NCBI GenBank assembly: GCA_963665295.1
Contig: OY762209.1
Location: 1,504,001 to 1,568,000 of the forward strand
Length of the DNA: 64,000 nucleotides
Direction of reading: 5' to 3'
DNA from: Syntrophorhabdaceae bacterium
Lineage (GTDB): Bacteria; Desulfobacterota; Syntrophorhabdia; Syntrophorhabdales; Syntrophorhabdaceae
A program made the position numbers and the translations under genes. Below, in pieces: positions 37,842 to 46,760 of this stretch. Numbering within the stretch: the first letter of the stretch is position 1; every line of letters begins with the position of its first letter. The notes under the pieces were generated by a model. That model saw only the letters and a list, made by a program, of their open reading frames with translations. It searched no databases and was not told the origin of the DNA.

Positions 37842-40800
37842 ATGACCTTCAACTGCCATACGGGGCCCTCCACGCCGCAAAACGGCAGAAACAGGCGTCT
37901 TTGCGCCCGGTTCACGGCGTTGGCGGTCCTGTTCTGGTGCTGCGTCTTTCTTACCGGGGCTTTGGGGCAAACCATTTCAGACAATATTACCTCTGTCGGC
38001 CCCGGTATGGTGGGCGTCAGGATAGAGGAGAGGACAGTAAGCGAAACGCCGCCCGTGGATAGTATATCGGGCGGGCAGATAAAGCCGCCGGCTTTGCTGG
38101 ATTCGACGGCGAGCTACACGATTTCGTCCGATGACGACCCCAATTACGTTACGCCGCGTTGCCCGTCGGCCGTGTACAGGAAGACGAGACCCATTGATCT
38201 GGCCTATCCCCTGTTCGGATCGCGGGATCCCTCCGGGGCCGCCTCGGATGTGGCTTCACTGGAGCACAGCCTCTACCTCGCCCTCGATCCGCCCCTTGCG
38301 GCGGGTAAGACCTATACCGTCACTCCTGGTTTCAACTCCCTTGGGAGCAGGACTTTTGTCTTCGGTTGGGGGGTGATGAGGAGCGATGCGGTCCATGCGA
38401 ACCATGCCGGTTTCAGGCCCGACGAGCCTTCCAAAGTGGCCTTTCTCTCCCTCTGGACGGGAAGCGGCGGGGCCCGGAGTTTTGTGGAGGGCAGTGCTTT
38501 TTATGTGTGCCCGGGCGATAATTCAGTGGACTGCGGCAATGAGACGAACCGTGTTTTCGCGGGCCTTGTGGGGGCGCCTTTCACCAGGGAGACAGCGGAG
38601 AATTGGCCTTCCCCCGGTTACCCCGACCCGCCCAATTACAGTTTCACCGACGTTTACCCCCTTGACTTCAGCGCCTGGCAAGGCGCGTCGGAAGGGACCT
38701 ACCGGGTATGTGTCGAAGATGTGGGCTGTTCCTATCCTTTCGAGATCAGTGGGGCGGTATGGCAGAACCTCTTCCTGAAATCGGTGAGGGCCCTCTATTT
38801 CCAAAGGAGCGGAACAGCAGTGGGCACGGCGGGCGACATCTACCACCGACCCCTCGATTTCGGGGGCCTCACGGTGAGCGAGACGGATGTGACGCTCCTT
38901 GAACTGGCCGGTGTATGGCAGGAAGAGCCCCACGCATGGCTCGTCGAGAACAAGCGCGCGGGGACTGCGGTCGGCGGCGCGTGGGGTGGGTATCATGACG
39001 CGGGCGACTGGCAGAGAAGGGTAGAGCATCTCGATGTCCCGCGGCTGCTCTTCGATCTTTATGACGCATTTCCCGCCCGGTTCCAATCGCTCAGTCTCAA
39101 TCTGCCTCAGATGAGCACTGACCCGGCCATTACGCCGCCTGTCCCCGACCTTTTGAGGGAAGCGTTATGGAGCGTCGATTTTTTCAAGCGGCTCCAGATA
39201 TCGGAACCTGGTGATCTTTACGGGGCGGTGCGGGGCGGAATCAATTCCGGGGCATATCCCACCTATGGCGAGAGGAGTTTCGAGCCGGGCTCGTCCCTCG
39301 CCTTCGACCTTATGGCGTACTGCCCCGATGTGTGGTCCTCCTATCTATACGCCGCCGCCGCGGCCCAGACATACACCATGCTCAAGAAGCATGTGACCAA
39401 CGCGCCCTCCTCGCTTGTCGACGGATACCTTCAAAGCGCCCTCGACGCCATGAACTGGGCCGAGAAGAACTGGCCGTCAACCGAGGAGCACTGGGCGCGG
39501 GCAAACGGAAGCATTCCGTTCCCGAGTCAAACCGTGACCAACGCCCGGAACCTGGCCGCCGCCGAACTCTTCAGGGCAACGGGGGATTCCACCTGGCACG
39601 AGGTATTCGCGGCGACCACGTTCTTTACGAAAACCGTCAGCTACGGCGATGGCTATGACCAGATCGACGCCGCATGGACATACTATAATACCGACCGGCC
39701 CGGCATGAGCGAGGGGATCAGGGGATATTGCCGGGACACCCTGGTCGGAGCCGGGCACGCCCTCCTGTACGTGCAGCCCCTCACAGGCTTCCGACTGGGA
39801 AAGAACATCTCCATGCCCGCGGGGTTCGGAAACCTGACCGGCGCGGACCGGTTGCTGGCTCACGCAATTCGCGCCCATATGATCACCCGGGACGCGGAAC
39901 AGCTCAAAGCGCTCATCCTTGGGTCCCAGTCGGGCCTTGGGGCCAACCCGGTCAACATGAGCTTCACCACGGGGATAGGCCATAAATACCCGAAACACCT
40001 GTTCCACCACGACTCGCGAGGTCTTATGGACCCGCCCCCGGGGATCACGGTGGAGGGACCCCTCGACTCCCGCTACTCTGCGGCGGTGACCGATATTTAC
40101 AACTACTTTTTTGCCCCTTTTATCTATCCCGGCACGGATATCCTGCCTGCGTGGCCCCCCATGGAAGCCTATGCCGACGCCTTCTGGCCCCCTATAATGT
40201 GCGAGTTCCAGATCAATCAGACCGTGGCGCGCAACGCGTACGTGTGGGGGTACCTCGCAGCCCTCAGGGGTTTTCAGGCCGTGAAGACACGGTCCCTGGG
40301 AGTGAGCAAATCCGGCGCGGGGTCCGGCAAGGTGACGAGCAACCCCACCGGCCTCGATTGCGGCTCCACATGCGTTGCCGTTTTCTCCGACTGGGCGGAC
40401 GCGATCGTTACCGCTGTCCCTGATGCAGGATCGACCTTCGCGGGATGGGGCGGGGACGCAAGCGGGACGGCGGCGGCAAAGTTGGCCATGACAAAGGACA
40501 GGGCCGTTACGGCAACCTTCGATCTCATCCCCTACACCTTCAGCGTTGCCATTGAGGGTAACGGCGTCATTTCCGCAACCGGCCTTACCTGCAACGGTTC
40601 ATCCTGCCTTGGGACATATCCCTACGGCACGGTGGTGAACATATCGGCCACACCGGCCGTGGGTTCCGTCTTTTCCGGCTGGACCGGATGCGACGGAGCC
40701 TCCGCGGGTTCGGGGAAGAAAGGGGGGAAGAAGGGAAAGGCCCTCGGGACTTCCGGAAAGGCCGCCCGAAGCCGGGTCGCCGCTTCATCGGGCAATGTGT

Positions 40801-41654
40801 GCACCGTGACCGTGACAGGGGACAAATCCGTGTCGGCCCGGTTTGTCCCGGCAAAGACCCTCAAGACTGCGAGATCCGGTTCCGGCACCGTCATAAGCTC
40901 GCCTTCCGGCATCGATTGCGGGAGTTCGTGCTCGGCTTTTTTTGTGGAGGGCACCACGGTGAAGCTCAGCGCTTCACCTGCATCGGGGAACGCCTTTGCT
41001 TACTGGACCGGGGCGTGCACCGGGGCCTCCGGAACGTGCTCCGTTCTTATGAGCGGTGATTCGAGCGTGACCGCTGTCTTCAACCCGTCAGATACCAGGA
41101 AGCATCAACTCCTGGTATCGAAACGAAAGACGGCCGCCGGTGACGGCTCCATAACAAGCGACGACGGAATGATCCGCTGCGGAGAGACGTGCCGCAAGAC
41201 GTATTACCCCCAGACCCCTGTTACCCTTATCGCGGTCCCCAGCGGAAATTCGACCTTCACCGGTTGGGGCGGCGCCTGTTCGGGTACGGGCCCGTGCAGC
41301 GTTGCCATGGACAGGGCGAAACTGGTGACCGCCTCCTTTACGGGACCTCAAAGACTCGTGCTCGTGAAGCAGAAGGTGAAGAAAGGGGACGGCACGGTCA
41401 CAAGCTCGCCTTCCGGCATCTCCTGCGGCGCGGGCTGCACTTCCTTTGCTGCCCTCTATCCTCGGAACGGGAAGGTGACCCTCTCGGCGAACCCCGGTCA
41501 GGGTTCAACCTTTACGGGGTGGAAGACCGCTTCCCACGAATGCGAGGGCACGGGCGACTGCACCGTGACCATGGATAAAAGCCACCTGGTTGTTGCAATC
41601 TTTACAAAGACTTTCGCCTCCCGGGGCGCAAATGTTTCCCCCGAAGAGGAGTAG
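37842..41654 (+). CDS. Secreted GH9 family glycoside hydrolase with five C-terminal divergent InlB-B/Flg_new-type repeats
   Basis: Signal peptide RRLCARFTALAVLFWCCVFLTGALG; GFRPDEPSKVA, LYFQRSG, GGYHDAGD, GANP..MSFTTG, CEFQI; C-terminal repeats; ATG 37842 chosen because the track start overlaps gatB. Confidence 0.85.
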   Translation: MTFNCHTGPSTPQNGRNRRLCARFTALAVLFWCCVFLTGALGQTISDNITSVGPGMVGVRIEERTVSETPPVDSISGGQIKPPALLDSTASYTISSDDDPNYVTPRCPSAVYRKTRPIDLAYPLFGSRDPSGAASDVASLEHSLYLALDPPLAAGKTYTVTPGFNSLGSRTFVFGWGVMRSDAVHANHAGFRPDEPSKVAFLSLWTGSGGARSFVEGSAFYVCPGDNSVDCGNETNRVFAGLVGAPFTRETAENWPSPGYPDPPNYSFTDVYPLDFSAWQGASEGTYRVCVEDVGCSYPFEISGAVWQNLFLKSVRALYFQRSGTAVGTAGDIYHRPLDFGGLTVSETDVTLLELAGVWQEEPHAWLVENKRAGTAVGGAWGGYHDAGDWQRRVEHLDVPRLLFDLYDAFPARFQSLSLNLPQMSTDPAITPPVPDLLREALWSVDFFKRLQISEPGDLYGAVRGGINSGAYPTYGERSFEPGSSLAFDLMAYCPDVWSSYLYAAAAAQTYTMLKKHVTNAPSSLVDGYLQSALDAMNWAEKNWPSTEEHWARANGSIPFPSQTVTNARNLAAAELFRATGDSTWHEVFAATTFFTKTVSYGDGYDQIDAAWTYYNTDRPGMSEGIRGYCRDTLVGAGHALLYVQPLTGFRLGKNISMPAGFGNLTGADRLLAHAIRAHMITRDAEQLKALILGSQSGLGANPVNMSFTTGIGHKYPKHLFHHDSRGLMDPPPGITVEGPLDSRYSAAVTDIYNYFFAPFIYPGTDILPAWPPMEAYADAFWPPIMCEFQINQTVARNAYVWGYLAALRGFQAVKTRSLGVSKSGAGSGKVTSNPTGLDCGSTCVAVFSDWADAIVTAVPDAGSTFAGWGGDASGTAAAKLAMTKDRAVTATFDLIPYTFSVAIEGNGVISATGLTCNGSSCLGTYPYGTVVNISATPAVGSVFSGWTGCDGASAGSGKKGGKKGKALGTSGKAARSRVAASSGNVCTVTVTGDKSVSARFVPAKTLKTARSGSGTVISSPSGIDCGSSCSAFFVEGTTVKLSASPASGNAFAYWTGACTGASGTCSVLMSGDSSVTAVFNPSDTRKHQLLVSKRKTAAGDGSITSDDGMIRCGETCRKTYYPQTPVTLIAVPSGNSTFTGWGGACSGTGPCSVAMDRAKLVTASFTGPQRLVLVKQKVKKGDGTVTSSPSGISCGAGCTSFAALYPRNGKVTLSANPGQGSTFTGWKTASHECEGTGDCTVTMDKSHLVVAIFTKTFASRGANVSPEEE
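40296..41603 (+). repeat. Five ~75-aa protein repeats (G.G.V.S.P.GI.CG..C...V.L.A.P..GS.F.GW.G.C.G...C.V.M.....V.A.F)
   Basis: Visible directly in the translation; repeat 2 carries a 29-aa basic insertion. Confidence 0.85.
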
Positions 41655-41853
41655 CCCTTCGACGCCCGCGAACCTTTGGAGGCGATGTACGTTGGTGCGG
41701 CCGAAGAGGTAACGGCCTTGCCGTACGGGATCTCCAGGCGGTCCCTCGCCCCCCCCCTTACGCAGCCCGCGTGAAACATGCTAGAATTAGTCGTGGGAAC
41801 CCATTTGACAAACGGGGAGAAAAGACATATCTAATTAATAGGAGCGGCGCACG

Positions 41854-42036
41854 ATGCCCGTCTACCAGTACACATGCAAAATGTGCAGTTTTATGTTCAA
41901 GGATGTGGAGAAGCCCAAGGGAGGGGAACCTGAGTGCCCCCTGTGTGGAAACAGGGAGATGGAGAAAGCGGACATTAAGGTCCCCGGAGACGGCGCGGAT
42001 TCACGGGGGAGACGCAAAAAGCCTCCTTTCAGGTGA
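41854..42036 (+). CDS. FmdB-family zinc-ribbon protein; probable selenoprotein (UGA readthrough would extend the CDS to 42042)
   Basis: MPVYQYTCKMC...CPLCG; RBS AGGAG; ends PPFR-TGA-CGG-TAA with a SECIS-like hairpin after the TGA. Confidence 0.8.
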   Translation: MPVYQYTCKMCSFMFKDVEKPKGGEPECPLCGNREMEKADIKVPGDGADSRGRRKKPPFR

Positions 42037-42048
42037 CGGTAATGAGCC

Positions 42049-42065
42049 GGGCGGCGGTGCCGCCC
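42049..42065 (+). promoter_or_regulatory. Candidate bacterial SECIS hairpin
   Basis: GGGCGGC-GGT-GCCGCCC perfect 7-bp stem; G-starting loop about 20 nt after the UGA. Confidence 0.55.
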
Positions 42066-42141
42066 ATTTATGGGGCCGGGGCGCAAAGACGCAACAGGGC
42101 GCCTGACGGGCGATAGACAACGAAAATAAAAGGAGGCCGTT

Positions 42142-42468
42142 ATGAGTAATGCGAAAGCGGTGAGCGATGTAGAATTTGCCAAGGAGGTTATAGAATCCGA
42201 CATCCCCGTAGTGGTGGACTTCTGGGCGACCTGGTGCGGGCCGTGTCAGGTGATGGGCCCGGTTGTCGACGCGGTCGCGGGCGAATATGCGGGCAAGATA
42301 AAGGTCCTGAAGCTCAATGTGGACGAAAACCCGGTGACGCCCTCCAAGTACGGCGTGAGGGGCATACCGACCCTCATCCTCTTCAACAAGGGCGAGGTGG
42401 TGGACAGGATCATCGGCGCTCAGCCGCGTAATGCGGTGGACACCCTCCTGAAGAAAGTGGCGGGCTAG
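42142..42468 (+). CDS. trxA: Thioredoxin
   Basis: VVDFWATWCGPC, KLNVDENP, YGVRGIPTL; RBS AGGAGG. Confidence 0.96.
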   Translation: MSNAKAVSDVEFAKEVIESDIPVVVDFWATWCGPCQVMGPVVDAVAGEYAGKIKVLKLNVDENPVTPSKYGVRGIPTLILFNKGEVVDRIIGAQPRNAVDTLLKKVAG

Positions 42469-42489
42469 AGCAGCGAAAAAAGGCGACAA

Positions 42490-42537
42490 AAAGGCGGCTG
42501 GGGGTTTCCTGGAGACCCTCAGCCGCCTTTATCTTTT
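42490..42537. terminator. Probable bidirectional intrinsic terminator between trxA and the bamD-lptA fusion
   Basis: AAAGGCGGCTG...CAGCCGCCTTT stem, flanked by an A-run and TTTATCTTTT, between convergent genes. Confidence 0.75.
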
Positions 42538-42594
42538 CAGGCCCGAAGAATAAAGCGTCCCGTGGGACGTAACCTGTAAGGTTTCTTGCGACCT

Positions 42595-44364
42595 TTATTT
42601 CGGGGTAAGAATGACCCGGGCCCTTTTGCCCTTCTCCGCCTTGTTTCCCTCCACAACGGCCTTGTCCTCGTTCACGTAATAGGTGACCACGTCACCGGTG
42701 AGCTTGTCCTGGCCCTGAAAAACGATCACATTCCCTTTGAGGGTTATCTCGCCCTTTCTGTTGTCGAAAATGGCCTCGTTCGCCGTGGCGGTGCGCTCTT
42801 TCTTGAGGATCTTCACGTGATCTTTGGCGTACGCCTTGTCGATCTCGTTTGATTCCTCATTGAGGTACGCCCGGATGGTGTCGGCGAATATGTAGAGGTC
42901 CTCCTGCTTTGCAATGACATTACCCTTGAACACCACGTATTTTTCTTTGTCGAAACCTTCCATGGTATCGGACACTATGTCAATCGGTTTGGTCTTGTCG
43001 AAGAAATCGAGGTCCTTCTTCTTATTCTTGTCCGCTTCTTTGGCCTTTGCAGGGGCTCCGGTCTTTTCAGGTTCCCCGGCTTTTCCCGGCGCGTCCCCCG
43101 GCTTGGGCGGCTCTGCCGCGGCCTGGCGGTCTTGGTACATCCTGGGGGTCAGTTCTATCTCCCCCGGCTTCTTCCCCTTGGTTTCCTGTACCGGGGGTTT
43201 GGCTGCCTTGGCCACCATGGAGGCGGCAGGCTTGGGGGGCGGGGTGTTAACGGCCACGGACGGCCCTGTGATAAGGTCTTCCTCCATGATAACGGGCTCC
43301 GGCTTCTGGAGCGCGGCAAGGTCCGCCGCCTCTTGCGCCTCCACGTCCTTTGCCGCATCGGACGCCGCATTTACCGCGGCGGCTGCAGGTTTAGCGGCTC
43401 CCCCGGCCCGAGGAGGAGCATCTTTGGACTTGGGGCCGGAAGTCTGTTCCGCGGCAGCTTGAAGTCCGGGCGCGGCCGGCGGGGAATCGGGCCCCGCAGC
43501 CGGCGAAGACTGCTGCGCCACAACGGCCCCGGTCTGAGCCCCGGCCCCGGCCGGGCTCGCCTGGGCCTCGATAGCCTCCGGGTTCAGCCGTTTACGTTTT
43601 TTGGCTATCGGCTGGGTAGCGGAGTCGGCGACCTTGAGGGTCTTTCTCTGCCTTATAGTGGAGGTTGCGTAGACGCTCTTTGGGTAATCGGCCTTCAGCT
43701 TGGCCGTGTAGTAATCGGCCTTTTCCGGATTGGCGAGGGCCTTGTACGACATGGCGATATAGAAGAGGGCCTTGTCGATCCCCTTGGCGTTCGGATATTT
43801 CTTGAGCATGTAGTCGAGGCGGACGATGGACGCGTTGTACTGGTTCGTCCTGTAGTAGAACTCGCCTACGTAAAGCTCCCTGTCGGCGAGCTTCTGTTCA
43901 AGGCCCTTGAGCCTGTCATCCACGACCTTGGTGTAACTGCTCCTGGGGTAGCGGTTCTTGAGGAGGGTATACTTTTCAATGGCCTTGAGGGTATTCGCCT
44001 GGTCCCTGTCGATAGACAGGGACATGTGTTCATAGCATTCGCCCAGCTTGAGAAGGACATAGGGGGCGTTGTCGTCCTCCGGGTGGGACGCGATGAAGGT
44101 CTCGTATACGCCCGCCGCCATGACGTAATCCTTCTTGTCGAAATGTGCGTCGCCGAGTTTCACCGCCGCCACGAGGGCGAGGGGATCAAAGGGGTACTCC
44201 TCCATGACCTGGTTGAATTTATGGATGGCATCATCCCATTTCTTGACCTTCAGGAGATTGACGCCTTCCACGTAGAGTTCGCCGGGGCCCTCTTTTTTGA
44301 CGGACTTGGAGGCGCACGAGGCGAGGAGGAGACATGCAATAAGAATGATTAGTACTCTTTTCAT
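42595..44364 (-). CDS. bamD: Outer-membrane assembly lipoprotein BamD fused through a ~220-aa Ala/Pro/Lys linker to an LptA/OstA-like domain
   Basis: Lipobox LLLASC; YPF, F...HP, DRDQANT.KA, RYP.S.Y, LADRELYVGEFY, R..Y.L..YP (BamD); C-terminal PIDIVSD.M...VFKGNVIAKQEDLYIFAD...ATANEAIFD...ITLKGNV...QG...L.GD.VTY......VEG...RARVILTP (LptA). Confidence 0.88.
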   Translation of the reverse strand: MKRVLIILIACLLLASCASKSVKKEGPGELYVEGVNLLKVKKWDDAIHKFNQVMEEYPFDPLALVAAVKLGDAHFDKKDYVMAAGVYETFIASHPEDDNAPYVLLKLGECYEHMSLSIDRDQANTLKAIEKYTLLKNRYPRSSYTKVVDDRLKGLEQKLADRELYVGEFYYRTNQYNASIVRLDYMLKKYPNAKGIDKALFYIAMSYKALANPEKADYYTAKLKADYPKSVYATSTIRQRKTLKVADSATQPIAKKRKRLNPEAIEAQASPAGAGAQTGAVVAQQSSPAAGPDSPPAAPGLQAAAEQTSGPKSKDAPPRAGGAAKPAAAAVNAASDAAKDVEAQEAADLAALQKPEPVIMEEDLITGPSVAVNTPPPKPAASMVAKAAKPPVQETKGKKPGEIELTPRMYQDRQAAAEPPKPGDAPGKAGEPEKTGAPAKAKEADKNKKKDLDFFDKTKPIDIVSDTMEGFDKEKYVVFKGNVIAKQEDLYIFADTIRAYLNEESNEIDKAYAKDHVKILKKERTATANEAIFDNRKGEITLKGNVIVFQGQDKLTGDVVTYYVNEDKAVVEGNKAEKGKRARVILTPK

Positions 44365-44409
44365 GGCGTAATTATAACAGAATGGGAAATTTTATGCTAC
44401 GCTTTATGG

Positions 44410-45054
44410 GTGAGAGCGGAAGAAATGATAGTGAAAGGCATGGCCTTCTTCGATATCCCCTGCGAGGCAGGGGCCGTCGAAAAGCTCTCCTTTTATATCA
44501 CGGAACTGGCGAGGTGGAATGAGCGGGTGAACCTGGTGGGCTTCAAGGACATGCGTTCCATAGTCGAGGTCCTCCTGTACGACACGTTCTTCCTGCACGG
44601 CTTCGCGGGCGGAAGCCCGAAGACCCTTGACCTCGGCTCGGGGTCCGGCATTATCGCGATCCCCCTCAAGATACTGAACCCGGACATGGAGATGCACGCG
44701 GTGGACAAGAGCCTGAGGAAGATTCAGTTTCAGCGGCACATAAAGAGAAACCTTTCCCTCGAAGGGTTCATCCCCGTCCACGGAAGGGCGGAGACCGTTT
44801 CTCCCGTCGGCGCCGAAAGCCTCGTGGTAAAGGCTTTCGGGACCATTCAGAAGATACTCGAACTGGGAAAGGCCCATCTTGTCGAAGGGGGACGCGCCTT
44901 TATCCTGAAGGGGACAAAAGAGGAGGCGGGCGAGGCGCCCGGTTTCCGCCTGGAGGATATCATCCCCTACCGCCTTCCCCGGAGCGAGCGGAGGTACAGG
45001 CTCTTTGTGTACAGAAAGAGCGAAACCGGGGAGACGGGGACCGGCACTTTTTAA
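44410..45054 (+). CDS. rsmG: 16S rRNA m7G527 methyltransferase
   Basis: L.RWNERVNL, LDLGSGSG, RKIQF, GRAE; position upstream of parAB. Confidence 0.85.
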   Translation: MRAEEMIVKGMAFFDIPCEAGAVEKLSFYITELARWNERVNLVGFKDMRSIVEVLLYDTFFLHGFAGGSPKTLDLGSGSGIIAIPLKILNPDMEMHAVDKSLRKIQFQRHIKRNLSLEGFIPVHGRAETVSPVGAESLVVKAFGTIQKILELGKAHLVEGGRAFILKGTKEEAGEAPGFRLEDIIPYRLPRSERRYRLFVYRKSETGETGTGTF

Positions 45055-45090
45055 TAGTGTTCACAACTTAACCGTTTTTATGGTAAGGTA

Positions 45091-45855
45091 ATGCAGGTCA
45101 TGATCATATCTTTGGCAAACCAAAAAGGCGGGGTCGGAAAGACAACCACGGCGGTGAACCTCGCCGCATCCATCGCGGTGGCGGAAAAACGGACGCTTAT
45201 CATCGATCTCGATCCCCAGTGCAATACCACGTCGGGCTTCGGCATCAACTACAGCGGACTCTACGCCCATATCTACAACGTGCTGATCGGCTCCAAGCAG
45301 ATGAAGGAGATCATCCGGAAGACCCAGGTCCCTTTCCTCGACATTGCCCCCGCCCATCCCGACCTGATCGGGGCGGAGGTGGAGATGCTCGACATGGAAG
45401 ACAGGGAATTTGTGCTCAGGAAAGCCCTGGACGAGGTGAAGGACGAGTATGCGTACATATTCATTGATTGCCCTCCTTCCCTGGGACTTCTTACCATAAA
45501 CGCCCTCGCCGCTTCCGATTCCGTGATCATTCCCCTCCAGTGCGAGTATTTTGCCCTTGAGGGCCTTGCGGGACTCCAGCGGACGATCACGATAATCAAG
45601 AAAAGGCTGAACCCGAACCTCAGTATCAAGGGCATCCTTCTGACCATGTTCGACAAGAGGAACAACCTCTCCTTCCGGGTCTGGGAAGAGGTGAACAAGT
45701 GCTTCAACGAGGGTGTGTTCAAGACCGTGATACCGAGAAACGTGAAACTCAGCGAATGTCCGAGTTACGGTAAGCCCGTGCTTCTTTATGATATCACGTC
45801 GAAGGGAGCGGAAAGCTACCTCGACCTCGCATACGAGATACTGGGAGGGGGCTAG
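45091..45855 (+). CDS. parA: Chromosome partitioning ATPase ParA/Soj
   Basis: ANQKGGVGKTTT, IDLDPQ, IDCPPSLGLLT, QCEYFALEG. Confidence 0.96.
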   Translation: MQVMIISLANQKGGVGKTTTAVNLAASIAVAEKRTLIIDLDPQCNTTSGFGINYSGLYAHIYNVLIGSKQMKEIIRKTQVPFLDIAPAHPDLIGAEVEMLDMEDREFVLRKALDEVKDEYAYIFIDCPPSLGLLTINALAASDSVIIPLQCEYFALEGLAGLQRTITIIKKRLNPNLSIKGILLTMFDKRNNLSFRVWEEVNKCFNEGVFKTVIPRNVKLSECPSYGKPVLLYDITSKGAESYLDLAYEILGGG

Positions 45856-46674
45856 ATGGCGAAAAAGGACCCGCTGGGGCGGGGTTTATCTGCACTGCTG
45901 AAGGATGTGGAGGAACGGGGCGGGAGCAAACTCATCGCCATCGACCAGATTACGCCGGGTTCGACCCAGCCGAGACTGTCGGTAAACGAGGAGACCCTTC
46001 TCGAACTTGCCGCGTCGATCCGGGAAAAAGGCCTTTTGCAGCCCCTCATAGTGAAGAAGAAGGACAGGGGCTACAGCATCATTGCCGGGGAGAGAAGGTT
46101 CCGCGCCGCGGTCATGGCGGGACTTACCGAGGTGGCAGCCATAATCAAGGATGTGGACGACAGGGAAGCCCTTGAGATCGCCCTCATCGAAAACCTTCAA
46201 AGGGAAGACTTGAATGCTGTCGAGGTGGCCGCCACGTACCAGAAGTTTATCGACGAATTCGGATACACCCACCAGGACCTCGCAAAGAAGATCGGCGTGG
46301 ACAGGAGTTCCGTCACCAATTACCTGAGGCTTCTCAAGCTCCCCGACTGGATCGTGAAGCTCATGACCGAAGGGAAACTTACCCAGGGGCACGGCAGGGC
46401 CCTCCTTTCCCTGAAGAACGAGAGGGAACAGAAGGCCTATGTGGGGAAGGTACTGAACGAGGGAGCCACGGTGCGGGATATCGAGCGGGCCGCGAAAAAG
46501 AAGGATAGCCGGGAAATCGCCCGGTTCGCCGACGCGGAAGAGACCCTGACCGAGTTGCTCGGCACGAGGGTCGCCATTACCTGCAAGGGACAAAAAGGCA
46601 AAATAATCATCGAATTCTTTTCAGAACAAGACCTTGTGAGAGTAGTGGAAACCATAACAAATATTAAACAATAA
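45856..46674 (+). CDS. parB: Chromosome partitioning protein ParB/Spo0J
   Basis: LGRGLSALL, QPR, IIAGERRFRAA, IENLQREDLN, R..VTNYLRLL. Confidence 0.96.
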   Translation: MAKKDPLGRGLSALLKDVEERGGSKLIAIDQITPGSTQPRLSVNEETLLELAASIREKGLLQPLIVKKKDRGYSIIAGERRFRAAVMAGLTEVAAIIKDVDDREALEIALIENLQREDLNAVEVAATYQKFIDEFGYTHQDLAKKIGVDRSSVTNYLRLLKLPDWIVKLMTEGKLTQGHGRALLSLKNEREQKAYVGKVLNEGATVRDIERAAKKKDSREIARFADAEETLTELLGTRVAITCKGQKGKIIIEFFSEQDLVRVVETITNIKQ

Positions 46675-46680
46675 AAATCG

Positions 46681-46709
46681 TTGCAAAAGTCTAATATTTG
46701 TGATAATAG
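46681..46709 (+). promoter_or_regulatory. Possible promoter of the atp operon
   Basis: TTGCAA followed by an extended -10 TGTGATAAT in an AT-rich gap. Confidence 0.4.
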
Positions 46710-46760
46710 TTAACCGTACTTGTGAAAATATTCTTTTTGAAATAGGAAGGAGTAGGAACT

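Noticed and set aside
41763..41778. parS-like half site CGTGAAACA near parAB (also TGTTTCCTGAAACA at about 29345)
   Set aside because: Only one half matches, or the spacing is 2 nt short of TGTTTCACGTGAAACA
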